From positions 1 through 22,572 of the forward strand of contig CAZVSL010000032.1 of NCBI GenBank assembly GCA_964629935.1: a DNA stretch of 22,572 nt. Reading direction: 5' to 3'. Shown in pieces: positions 7,702-15,988 of the stretch. The first letter of the stretch is position 1, and every line of letters starts with the position of its first letter. Source of the DNA: an uncultured Calditrichaceae bacterium (GTDB taxonomy: Bacteria; Zhuqueibacterota; Zhuqueibacteria; Oceanimicrobiales; Oceanimicrobiaceae). Under the pieces are notes generated by a model. The model did no database searches. It had not been told where the DNA came from and worked only from the letters and a program-made list of their open reading frames with translations. The translations under genes were made by a program, and so were the position numbers.

Positions 7702-7774
7702 ATTACGTCTCGGTACGGCCACTTTCTATTTATGGCTAAAAATGGTTGAGACAGATGTAAACAGGTGTATTTGA

Positions 7775-7836
7775 ATAAGCAAGGTTCTTGAGAACAAAGT
7801 CAATTACGATTGCAATATACTTCAAGAACTGCTTAT
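7775..7836. promoter_or_regulatory. Imperfect 17-bp inverted repeat (ATAAGCAAGGTTCTTGAG ... CTTCAAGAACTGCTTAT) overlapping a TTGCAA-17-TTATAT promoter directly in front of the methyltransferase gene. It is a candidate autoregulatory operator.
   Basis: Direct reading. The right arm occupies the spacer/-10 of the putative promoter (-35 at 7810..7815, -10 at 7833..7838). Confidence 0.35.
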
Positions 7837-7841
7837 ATTAG

Positions 7842-9044
7842 ATGCAGCTAACGAAAGTTGTAGTTCTAACCATAACTAATCTTAGACTAATAATGCGTTT
7901 CGAGAAAGGTTCTGTCAGAAAAGCTAAGACGTTGACAACAGAATGGATTGCGAATCACTTGTCCCAACATTCTAAATTCATTTCGGTCGGGCTGCCAGAA
8001 TATGACGATAGGCATAATACATGGCGGGTGCCTTTGAATCTTGACAAAGAAAAATCCGTCCTCGTTGGTCAGTTGCAAATCGACCGAGATATATCTCGGA
8101 TCATTGATTCGACCGAAATCCGATTAATCCGGCAAAGAATCGAGAAGAATAAGAACATCAAGACAACTAAGAACTCTACCGCTAAAGGGCTCTTTTATCC
8201 TGCTGCCATACCTAATAAGGTCATTCTTGGGAACTGCATTGATGTATTGGATGAGTTCCCGCCAGATACGGCACAATTGGTTTTTACGTCTCCCCCGTAT
8301 TACAATGCGAAACCTGAGTATTCAGAATATGTCGATTATCAGGAATATCTGGATTTCATGCGGAAATTGATCATAAGAGTTCACGCTATTTTGTCTGAAG
8401 GGCGATTTTTTGTAATCAATATCTCACCTGTGCTGATCAGAAGGACATCTCGTGCAGCATCGAGTAGAAGAATCCCTATTCCTTTTGACTTGCACCGAAT
8501 TTTCGATAGCGTTGGTTTTGATTATATCGATGACATAATCTGGATAAAGCCAGAAGGCGCCGGATGGAATTTGGGTCGTGGCAGAAGGTTCAAGGCGGAT
8601 AGGCAACCTTTGCAATACAAACCCGTTCCGGTAACCGAGTATATCCTTGTTTATAGAAAAAGAACGGACAAACTGATAGATTGGAACATCCGAAAGCACC
8701 ATGACCCTTCGCTCGTTGAAGAGTCTAAGATCACAGGTGATTATGATGTGACAAATGTCTGGCAGATACATCCTGCGTACTCAAGGGTGCATCCGGCAGT
8801 GTTTCCTGAAGAGTTAGCAAGAAGGATAATAATGTATTATTCTTTCAAAGATGATCTGGTCTTGGATCCGTTTGCAGGTATCGGTACAGTTGGCAATGTC
8901 GCATATAGACTGGATAGAAGGTTTTTGCTTGTAGATAACGAGGTCAAGTATTACAGGTATATGAAAGAGACGTTGAGCAACCTCATCCCAATCAACGTTC
9001 GCGTCGATTTTGACATTCATGAGAAATTTAAGAAGAATTCATGA
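7842..9044 (+). CDS. Beta-class DNA amino-methyltransferase (N4-cytosine/N6-adenine; the SPPY motif favours N4mC) with an N-terminal extension of about 110 aa
   Basis: Motif IV TSPPYY comes before the C-terminal motif I DPFAGIGTVG, which is the beta-class order. The typical N-terminal block KVILGNCIDVLDEFPPDTAQLVFTSPPY starts only at about residue 125. The gene is low-GC. An alternative start is the ATG at 7893, and no SD is obvious for either start. Confidence 0.8.
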   Translation: MQLTKVVVLTITNLRLIMRFEKGSVRKAKTLTTEWIANHLSQHSKFISVGLPEYDDRHNTWRVPLNLDKEKSVLVGQLQIDRDISRIIDSTEIRLIRQRIEKNKNIKTTKNSTAKGLFYPAAIPNKVILGNCIDVLDEFPPDTAQLVFTSPPYYNAKPEYSEYVDYQEYLDFMRKLIIRVHAILSEGRFFVINISPVLIRRTSRAASSRRIPIPFDLHRIFDSVGFDYIDDIIWIKPEGAGWNLGRGRRFKADRQPLQYKPVPVTEYILVYRKRTDKLIDWNIRKHHDPSLVEESKITGDYDVTNVWQIHPAYSRVHPAVFPEELARRIIMYYSFKDDLVLDPFAGIGTVGNVAYRLDRRFLLVDNEVKYYRYMKETLSNLIPINVRVDFDIHEKFKKNS

Positions 9045-9985
9045 AGATTGATTACCAGATTGACAGATATCGAGAATGGCTGAATAATAACATAACCTTA
9101 ACCAGCTTATTCTCGCCCGATGCTCTGCGGAAACTTACATACCACCTGTTAATGGGCAGAAATTATCGATTATTGACTGAACCAAATACAAAGGGGCAGC
9201 TTCTAGCCACATTTGTATGGCTCTCAGATATCCAAGAACAGGCAAAAGCCAAGTATAGCTCCGATTGGCTTAAGGCTCTGTTTGACGATATCTATTCAGA
9301 AAAGAGAAAACCGAAAGAGTTACAGAATCTGCTTTTTTGGACTATGGGGTTAACTCAAAAGACGGCAATCAACTTGGGATTGCAAAAAGATGACTATCCC
9401 GAGATACTGGATGAGACAATAGAGTACTTTGGAAAACTGCTCAAGAGTGTCGACAGGGAAGATTTCAAAGACAGTGCATGGTTGCTCTTGATGGCTGGCT
9501 CAGCAACACTGAACATCAGGGGCTCCCAGAAGTCGAAGGTAGGAAAGCAGTTTGAAAGGACCTTCTTGCGGGCTTTGTTGTGCATTCTTGGTTTTGAGGA
9601 AGATACTAACTTCTGGATGAACGTTGGGCGCGACATCGAAGTTGAGAGAGAAGCTGACGCGGAAGTCGAATCCAAGCGGGGCAGAATAAGGATTGAGGTC
9701 GGTTTGATATCATCTGGCAATCAGGAGGTGATAGAAGACAAAATAACACGAGTTGGCCGCAACGGCGTCGTACTGTTCGACAAATTAGGGGCTAAAAGCA
9801 GAGTCTATCAGACCGCGGATAACTATGGGGTTAAATTGGTGCAAATCAGAAACGGCAATCCGTTGTTGGATGTTTTTCGCCATTTGGGACCGCTCGCAAG
9901 GTTTGAATTGAATGTGCCACCAAATACCTCGGAGGAATTGCAGGAAATAGTCAATACACTGCCAGAACAGATATTCACTCTTTAA
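9041..9985 (+). CDS. Putative type II restriction endonuclease partnered with the methyltransferase
   Basis: 314-aa ORF overlapping the methyltransferase stop by 4 bp (ATGA), with the same low GC. A possible PD-(D/E)xK-like segment is GRDIEVEREADAEVESK. The call is by context only; no family was recognised. Confidence 0.45.
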   Translation: MKIDYQIDRYREWLNNNITLTSLFSPDALRKLTYHLLMGRNYRLLTEPNTKGQLLATFVWLSDIQEQAKAKYSSDWLKALFDDIYSEKRKPKELQNLLFWTMGLTQKTAINLGLQKDDYPEILDETIEYFGKLLKSVDREDFKDSAWLLLMAGSATLNIRGSQKSKVGKQFERTFLRALLCILGFEEDTNFWMNVGRDIEVEREADAEVESKRGRIRIEVGLISSGNQEVIEDKITRVGRNGVVLFDKLGAKSRVYQTADNYGVKLVQIRNGNPLLDVFRHLGPLARFELNVPPNTSEELQEIVNTLPEQIFTL

Positions 9986-10009
9986 CTTAGCGATAGCCAA
10001 AACATCAGG

Positions 10010-10375
10010 TCAATGCCCATCGATCTCCACAATATCTATGCCAGAAATCGCGCAGCTCAATAGATGCAGACCGTGAGCATGCCAAAACAGAAACCACTTC
10101 GCTATTTTCTGTCGCAATCTCGAAAAACTTCCCTCTCCGGAGGGACAGCTTTGGGTTCGTCCAGAGTCCAAAGCAGGGTGGGTCAACACCGGCTGCCATT
10201 CACAATGATCAGGCCATTTCGACGATAGCATAAAGGAAACGAAGCTGCCTCCGACGTGCTACGGCTACAGAAACCGATGCGCTAATTTCTGTCGTAATCA
10301 TCAGAATCGACCCATCCATAATTGTAACGGTATCGAGTTTTCCTACTTCGACATCATCGAGATTGATGGCGGACA
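10010..10375. repeat. Structured non-coding element at the island boundary. It has two ~33-bp direct repeats, each an internal hairpin (ACAGAAACC-N-CGCTA-TTTCTGTCG-AATC), at 10087..10119 and 10267..10299. It is bounded by imperfect ~24-bp terminal inverted repeats (10015..10042 / 10347..10373).
   Basis: Direct sequence comparison. Repeat 1 is ACAGAAACCACTTCGCTATTTTCTGTCGCAATC and repeat 2 is ACAGAAACCGATGCGCTAATTTCTGTCGTAATC. The ends are cccATCGATCTCcacaatatctatg versus rc(ttcgacatcatcGAGATTGATGGcg), matching at about 17 of 24 positions. An additional hairpin CCCTCTCCGGAGGG lies at 10130..10143. Confidence 0.35.
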
Positions 10376-10381
10376 GAAATG

Positions 10382-12094
10382 TCACCGTATGAACAGCATC
10401 TTGCGGCTGGCGCTCAGTTGGTTGCTTTCCAGTTTATAGAGATATAAGCCTGATGCAACGCGCAGCCCGCGTTGATCGCGGCCATCCCACACCACCGTGT
10501 GCAGGCCGGCGGATTCATCTCCGTTTACCAATTCCACTACAAGCTGTCCGGTCAGATTGAAAATGACGAGCCGCACCTGTCCGGCGCGCGGTAGCGTGTA
10601 GCGAATCGTGGTCCGTGGATTAAACGGATTCGGATAGTTCTGCATCAGCGCGAATCCTGACGGAATTTCCGCGGGCACATCATCGATGGCAGTCGTAATT
10701 CCGGGCGACAGCTCGTTGAGATACTCTTCGATGTTGGTGTAGCCGTCACCGTTGCGATCTGCACTGGCATCGGTTGGGTCTGCGGGGTCGAGGCCGCGGG
10801 CGCTCTCCCAGTCGTCCGGCATGCCATCCCGGTCGGTGTCGGCAAGGGGGGCGCCGGTTTCCGGGGGCGATACGGTGATCTGCGCCTGCGACAATGTGTC
10901 GGCTCCCAGGTTACCTGTAAAATTTTGGTAATCGCTGATGAATTTCTCATCAGCCGGATCGTGCGGCAGCGCCCCGGCGTTCTCCAGCATGTACGCTTCG
11001 AGATTCGGGATGTCGGTGATCGCAGGCGCAGTGAACGCGGTGTCGATCACTTCCGCAAGCATGCCTCTGGCTGCGAAAACGAGCTCAGACTGCTCTTCGG
11101 GACACACAACCACGTCGACATCATTTTGGCGCGTCATCCAGCAATTATCCTGCAGGAAAACTCGCGTTCCGGTAGAATCGCGGTCCACGGCTTCCAGCGG
11201 CAGATTCCCTTTGGTTTGCGGTCCCTGGCGCACCAGGTTGCCGACAATGTTGGTCTGCGCGCCGCGTCCGAACTGAATACCCTTTTCTCCGAAGTTGTAC
11301 ACCAGATTGAAGCGCACATCTGTGACCGGAAAATCCGAGGCGCCCAGCTCGCTGTTGCCGGCGAGACTGGGATTGCGGCGATTGTTGGAGATCATGAAAT
11401 TGTGGTGCATCGAGACGCGAAAGGTGCCGTCGGAGGCGATCATGCCGCGACTGTGCGGGCCGCCGGAGGGATGCCCGCCGTTGAGCAGTCCTTCTGCGAT
11501 CAGACAGTGCTGCACGGTGATATCGTGGTTCATGCGCGTGTTGGTGCTCTCCAGACTGACGCCCTCGTCCGCAAACCAGGAGAAGGAGCAGTGGTCGACC
11601 ACCACGTCATAACACCCCGCGAACTCGATGCCATCGCCAATGCTGCCGAGGCGGCCGTCAACCAGCGTTTTGCGCACCCGCAGATGGCGGATGATGACGT
11701 CGTGCACATCATTGCGCAGGGAAACCGGGAAATTGGTCAGGAGGATGCCGCCGCCCGGCGCGCTCTGGCCGGCGATGGTCACATAGGAGTACGGATTGTC
11801 GCCGCTGAACGAGGCATTGCGTGGCCCACCGATGGCGAGCGGCTCGCGAAGCTCGATGATGCCGCTGACCCGGAAGACGATGATTCTGGGGAACTGCTGC
11901 TCGACCGCCCAGCGCAGGGTGCCCTCGCTGCCGTCATCGCTGAGCTTGTCGACGATGAGCACGGTGCCGCCACGACCGCCGGGCGTGGTCGCGCCCCAGC
12001 CTTCGGCGCCGGGAAAGGCGGGAAGTTGGGCTGTGACTGGCGACACGGGCATAGATAAACAGAGAAGAATAGCTGAAAAGGACAGGTTCTTCAT
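10382..12094 (-). CDS. Secreted right-handed beta-helix (pectate-lyase-like) protein with Ca-binding thrombospondin-type-3-like repeats and a T9SS (Por) C-terminal sorting domain
   Basis: Signal peptide MKNLSFSAILLCLSMPVSPVTAQ (start at the ATG at 12094 with RBS AGGAG; the ORF track's longer start is unlikely). Beta-helix repeats are rich in G/N/D/H/S. Asp-rich repeats are DTDRDGMPDDWE and DADRNGDGYTNIEEY. The C-terminus NYPNPFNPRTTIRYTLP...LYLYKL is typical of T9SS type-A CTDs. Confidence 0.75.
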   Translation of the reverse strand: MKNLSFSAILLCLSMPVSPVTAQLPAFPGAEGWGATTPGGRGGTVLIVDKLSDDGSEGTLRWAVEQQFPRIIVFRVSGIIELREPLAIGGPRNASFSGDNPYSYVTIAGQSAPGGGILLTNFPVSLRNDVHDVIIRHLRVRKTLVDGRLGSIGDGIEFAGCYDVVVDHCSFSWFADEGVSLESTNTRMNHDITVQHCLIAEGLLNGGHPSGGPHSRGMIASDGTFRVSMHHNFMISNNRRNPSLAGNSELGASDFPVTDVRFNLVYNFGEKGIQFGRGAQTNIVGNLVRQGPQTKGNLPLEAVDRDSTGTRVFLQDNCWMTRQNDVDVVVCPEEQSELVFAARGMLAEVIDTAFTAPAITDIPNLEAYMLENAGALPHDPADEKFISDYQNFTGNLGADTLSQAQITVSPPETGAPLADTDRDGMPDDWESARGLDPADPTDASADRNGDGYTNIEEYLNELSPGITTAIDDVPAEIPSGFALMQNYPNPFNPRTTIRYTLPRAGQVRLVIFNLTGQLVVELVNGDESAGLHTVVWDGRDQRGLRVASGLYLYKLESNQLSASRKMLFIR

Positions 12095-12426
12095 GGTAGA
12101 GGTCTCCTGATTTTTCCCATGGCGGCAAAGCCGCATGAGGTTATGCTGATTGTCAAGCCTACTTATGCAACCACCATGCCGGATAACTATGCTCTATATA
12201 TCGGCAAAATAGGCTGATCTTAATCGATCAGGAAAGGATGGATTGTTGATCTCGGTGGCAAGGTGTACCTCCTTGCGCAGCTTCGCTGCACTAAGAAGGA
12301 CACGTACACGAGATTCGAAGGCCAGAAATGTCAAAGGTGTGTTCTGCAATCTCCGGCGGCGCTGGCGAATTTGACTTGCTTGCGTCTGCAATAACTTCAG
12401 TTCTTGCAGTTTGCAAGGCACATACA

Positions 12427-12948
12427 TTACGATTGCAGCTTGTCAACAGCCGCCGACGCCGCCTCATAATCCGGTTGGCTACCAACCTCAGGCACGTATT
12501 CCACATACTGTACGACATCGTCGGCATCGATCAGGAAGACGGCCCGACTGAGCTGACGAATCTCCTTGATATGGGTGCCGTACGCATCGCCAAAGCTGAG
12601 CGTGCGGTGGTCCGAGAGCGCCCTGATGCGTTCAGCCTGAGTGGTCGCACACCAGCGGTTCAACGCCGTCGGCAGGTCACAACTTATGGCGTAGATCACG
12701 ACTTGCTCCGGAAACCTGGCTGCCATATCGTTGAAGCGCTTTGCCTCGGCATCGCATACGGGCGTGTCCAGTGACGGCAAAGATAGAATCAGACGATGTT
12801 TGCCAACATCCGTTCTCAGCGTTACTTCCGAATAATCTGTTGCGATCACGCTGAAGTTGGGCGCTTTATCCCCGACTTTTATTTGAGGGCCCATAAGTGT
12901 CAGGGGTCTGCCGTCCAACGTTACGCCGCCTGCTTGTTCTATGGCCAT
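12427..12948 (-). CDS. tpx: Thiol peroxidase (atypical 2-Cys peroxiredoxin, Tpx)
   Basis: 173 aa with the Tpx signature LSLPSLDTPVCDAE (peroxidatic Cys) and a resolving Cys in AISCDLPTA. RBS AGGAGTAGG. Confidence 0.85.
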   Translation of the reverse strand: MAIEQAGGVTLDGRPLTLMGPQIKVGDKAPNFSVIATDYSEVTLRTDVGKHRLILSLPSLDTPVCDAEAKRFNDMAARFPEQVVIYAISCDLPTALNRWCATTQAERIRALSDHRTLSFGDAYGTHIKEIRQLSRAVFLIDADDVVQYVEYVPEVGSQPDYEAASAAVDKLQS

Positions 12949-13052
12949 ATTCCTACTCCTGCTTTTGTGGTTGGGTGCTTTCCGTTTTCACAGTTTCTCT
13001 TTGAAAGGAATATCGAAGCACGAAAATTCTAATCTAACTCAAATTTCGAAGT

Positions 13053-13520
13053 TCATTCTGAATCAATAATCCTCACATCACAGCTCACCTCACGTTTCAG
13101 CGCATTGACCACAGAGCCAAAAATCAAGCGCGAGAGGTTTGAGCGTTTGCGCCGGCTGATCACGATGAGATCCGGAGCTTCTTCTTTGCTGATCTTGAGG
13201 ATTTCCTGCAGCACTGAGCCGCTGCGCACGATCGAGCGTACGCGGATGTTCTCTTCCTTGGCGCGCTGCTCGATTTCACTGATCCGCAGGCCGGATTGCA
13301 GCTCATATTCTTTGAGCAACGACCGGTAGAGCTGCTCCGACGGCTTGCCGCCGATCCAGCCTTCGTCCGTAAGCTTGGTTACAATTTTATCAGCAAAGTC
13401 AATATCCAGAACGAAGAAAACCACCAGCTCCGCGTCGTTTTCTTTGGCGATGGCAATAGCCTCTTCAACGGATTTCGGGCTATTGCGTAAGAACGACAGG
13501 ATGAGTAAGATTTTTCTCAT
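13053..13520 (-). CDS. Universal stress protein (UspA family)
   Basis: About 155 aa from MRKILLIL with a Usp alpha/beta fold and the ATP-binding-type motif LIFGSVVNALKREVSCDVRII at the C-terminus. RBS GGAG 9 nt upstream of the ATG at 13520. Confidence 0.8.
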   Translation of the reverse strand: MRKILLILSFLRNSPKSVEEAIAIAKENDAELVVFFVLDIDFADKIVTKLTDEGWIGGKPSEQLYRSLLKEYELQSGLRISEIEQRAKEENIRVRSIVRSGSVLQEILKISKEEAPDLIVISRRKRSNLSRLIFGSVVNALKREVSCDVRIIDSE

Positions 13521-13586
13521 TGGTTTTACTCCAAACAGCAAGGTACTATTTTAGCTAAAGCCACTAAATCTGAAACTCGAAAACGC

Positions 13587-13622
13587 AAATCGCAACTTGC
13601 CGGTAGCTCCGGTTTGCGATTT
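13587..13622 (-). terminator. Rho-independent terminator candidate for the DASS permease gene
   Basis: A 9-bp perfect stem AAATCGCAA/TTGCGATTT encloses an internal CCGG-tagct-CCGG stem. On the minus-strand RNA it is followed by GCGUUUUCGAGUUUC. Confidence 0.5.
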
Positions 13623-13670
13623 CCGGGTTCCGGTCTCCCGCCTCCGGCCTCCAGTTTTCAATGCAACACC

Positions 13671-15107
13671 TCACAGCTCAAACCCAATCAAAGGCCAGTA
13701 AAACAAGATGGAAAGAGCAAAGATTATGATGGCGCAGATCTTCAGAATCATGCCGCCAATGACCGTGTCCTTCAGGCGAACAAAGCCGGAAGAATACGCG
13801 ATGGCTGTCGCCGGCGTACCCATCGGCAACTGAAACGCCAGACCGGACGGAATGGTCAGAGCGAGCGTGGTCAAACCGGCATTGATGCCAAAATCAGCCG
13901 TGAGACCGAGCGCTAATGGCATCATCAGGGCGACGACTGCTGTGTTGCTGATCGCTTCCGTCAGAAAGATCGATACGCACACCAGAGTCAGGATAAGCGC
14001 CCATTCGGAAGTGACCAAACTGCCCATAGTCTTTTCTGCTAACCACATGGCTGCTCCGGTCGTTTCCATGGTAAAACCCAGACAGATTGCGCCGCCGTAC
14101 ATCAAAAAAATGCCCCAGTTGACGTCTTCTTCGACTTCTTTCCAATTGAGCAAGCGAAATATGAACGCCACCACCACAGCAGCGATAGCAATATTTGCCA
14201 GACCAAGCGTTTCGCCGACTGCGATCCAGGCGGATATGGTGAGCAGCATCAGACCACCGAGGGCCAGCTCGCGCCGGGTCACCGGGCCCATACTTGCTTG
14301 TTTCTTGTTGAGCGCATCCTTTGCCTGATCGATGTTTTTGATTTCAGATGGGAAGAGTTTTATCAGCACAATATAGGCGATGGGCAGCATGATCAGGACA
14401 GTGGGCAAAGCGGCCAGCGCCCAGTTGAGAAATCCGATGCGCTCACCTGTGGTTTCATACAAAATGCCTACTGCCAGCGGCGCCCGTGCGCCACCGAGAA
14501 AAGTCGTAACGCCGCCGATGATGCAGCCCCAGGTCATAGCCAAAAACAGCAACTTGCCATAGTTGCTTTTGCGCGGCATCAGTTTGAGCGCATCCACAAC
14601 CTCCAGCACGATGGGAAACATCATCGCGGCCACAGCGTGCTCGGACATCCAAAAGGAAAGGAAGGCCGAAAGCAGCAGGAAGCTCAACAGCAGGAATCCG
14701 GGCGATTTGCCAAAATGACGCAATACCAGCAGGGCCAGCCGTGTACTCAGGCCAGAACGCATGATGCCGGAGGCAAGGATAAAGGCGCCCAGAATAAAAA
14801 AGATAGCCTCATTGCCAAACAGGGCATAGGATTGCCGGGTGGTCAGCACGCCGGAGAGTGGAAAAAGTATGATAACAAGCAGACTCGTCACCATCAGGGG
14901 CAGGGCGTGGGATACCCAGAGCGTGATGGCAACGACAAAGATGGCCAGGGTGTATTGCGCCCGCGTCGACAGCCCGTCCAGCTCCGGCAAATTGATGATG
15001 ATCGCGAACAAGACCATCGCCAGCACCAGCACAGCGGGTCTGAATCCCCGATTGAGACGGTCGCGCAATGCGAGTCGGCTGCCGACAGTGGTGGTGCTTT
15101 TTGCCAT
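13671..15107 (-). CDS. DASS/SLC13-family (divalent anion:Na+ symporter / CitT-like) permease
   Basis: 478 aa with about 12-14 TM segments and the characteristic duplicated hairpin-loop regions with Ser/Asn/Thr-rich motifs (EAISNTAVVALMMP ... TIPSGLAF). It starts 17 nt after the mutM stop, so co-transcription is likely. Confidence 0.8.
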   Translation of the reverse strand: MAKSTTTVGSRLALRDRLNRGFRPAVLVLAMVLFAIIINLPELDGLSTRAQYTLAIFVVAITLWVSHALPLMVTSLLVIILFPLSGVLTTRQSYALFGNEAIFFILGAFILASGIMRSGLSTRLALLVLRHFGKSPGFLLLSFLLLSAFLSFWMSEHAVAAMMFPIVLEVVDALKLMPRKSNYGKLLFLAMTWGCIIGGVTTFLGGARAPLAVGILYETTGERIGFLNWALAALPTVLIMLPIAYIVLIKLFPSEIKNIDQAKDALNKKQASMGPVTRRELALGGLMLLTISAWIAVGETLGLANIAIAAVVVAFIFRLLNWKEVEEDVNWGIFLMYGGAICLGFTMETTGAAMWLAEKTMGSLVTSEWALILTLVCVSIFLTEAISNTAVVALMMPLALGLTADFGINAGLTTLALTIPSGLAFQLPMGTPATAIAYSSGFVRLKDTVIGGMILKICAIIIFALSILFYWPLIGFEL

Positions 15108-15124
15108 TTAAGCCAGCGCTTTCG

Positions 15125-15961
15125 CTAGGTCCATGCGATGAATTGCTTACGTTGTGGCGGCTGACAGGCAGGACAGAAGAAGGTGTCGTGCCCCAGAACA
15201 CCCGCACGGCGTATGGTGGCGCCACAGCAGGGACATGGCGTATCTTTCCGGTTCCGCACCCTGAGGTGGTCGCGTACTTTGACTTCGATGGGCTGCCCGG
15301 CTTTCTCGACGGCTGCGATGGCCCAACGCATGACGCTCACGATGCTGTCGTAGAGCTGTTTTATTTGTACGTCCTCTAGCTGGTAGCAAAAGGTCTTCGG
15401 ATGAAGCCGCGCCTCAAACAGAATTTCATCAGCATAGGCATTGCCGATGGCGCTCAAACAGGTTTGATCCATTAGGAAAACGCGGACTTGCTTGCGTTGA
15501 CCGTGAAAAAGACTCTTAAATCGTTCAAGAGTGAATTCCTCACTTAGAATATCGACGCCTTGCTGCAAATAGCGCGGAATCTGTTCATACGCCCCGGCGG
15601 GCACGAGATAGAGCTTGCCCATTTTCTTATCGTCGAGATAGTGCAAACAGGTGTCGTCATGTAGAAGCCAGGTCACACACAGACCGCGACCGCGCTTCGT
15701 TTTGGCCGGCGCCAACCTGAACCTGCCGGCCAGCATGGGATGCACCACCAGCTCGCGTTCATTGTCCAGAGAGAAGCGCAGGAACGGCCCGCGTCGATGC
15801 ACACTCTCGAACGTGGCGTTCGTGAGCGCGGCTTCGATCCCCTCTTCGACCAGCACGCGCAACACGATGGGTTCTTTGATAGTCATCTGAGTTACGCGTT
15901 TGCCAGGCAGGTGCTGACTGAGGTGTTTTTCAATGTAAACCAGATCCGGGAGTTCAGGCAT
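15125..15961 (-). CDS. mutM: Formamidopyrimidine-DNA glycosylase (Fpg/Nei family)
   Basis: N-terminal MPELPDL (catalytic Pro2), an H2TH region, and a C-terminal zinc finger CPCCG...FFCPACQ. 278 aa. Confidence 0.85.
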   Translation of the reverse strand: MPELPDLVYIEKHLSQHLPGKRVTQMTIKEPIVLRVLVEEGIEAALTNATFESVHRRGPFLRFSLDNERELVVHPMLAGRFRLAPAKTKRGRGLCVTWLLHDDTCLHYLDDKKMGKLYLVPAGAYEQIPRYLQQGVDILSEEFTLERFKSLFHGQRKQVRVFLMDQTCLSAIGNAYADEILFEARLHPKTFCYQLEDVQIKQLYDSIVSVMRWAIAAVEKAGQPIEVKVRDHLRVRNRKDTPCPCCGATIRRAGVLGHDTFFCPACQPPQRKQFIAWT

Positions 15962-15988
15962 TTATCAGTCAGGTTCGTTCGTCGTCTT

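Noticed and set aside
10925-12058. 377-aa plus-strand ORF
   Set aside because: It is antisense to the signal-peptide/beta-helix/T9SS lyase gene, which has clear domain evidence. The ORF itself is low-complexity (A/G/R/D-rich) with no motifs.
12137-12426. Small ORFs 12194..12427 and 12291..12527 (minus), and hairpins CTGATC-ttaatc-GATCAG / CTTGCA-gtt-TGCAAG in the tpx-lyase intergenic region
   Set aside because: The ORFs overlap each other and the tpx 3' end and have no RBS. The hairpins are plausible weak tpx terminators but have poor U-tracts, so they are not called as features.
14298-15128. 276-aa plus-strand ORF rich in Q/H/R/G/D
   Set aside because: It is antisense to the DASS permease. 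Its extreme low-complexity composition is the mirror image of a hydrophobic membrane-protein gene.
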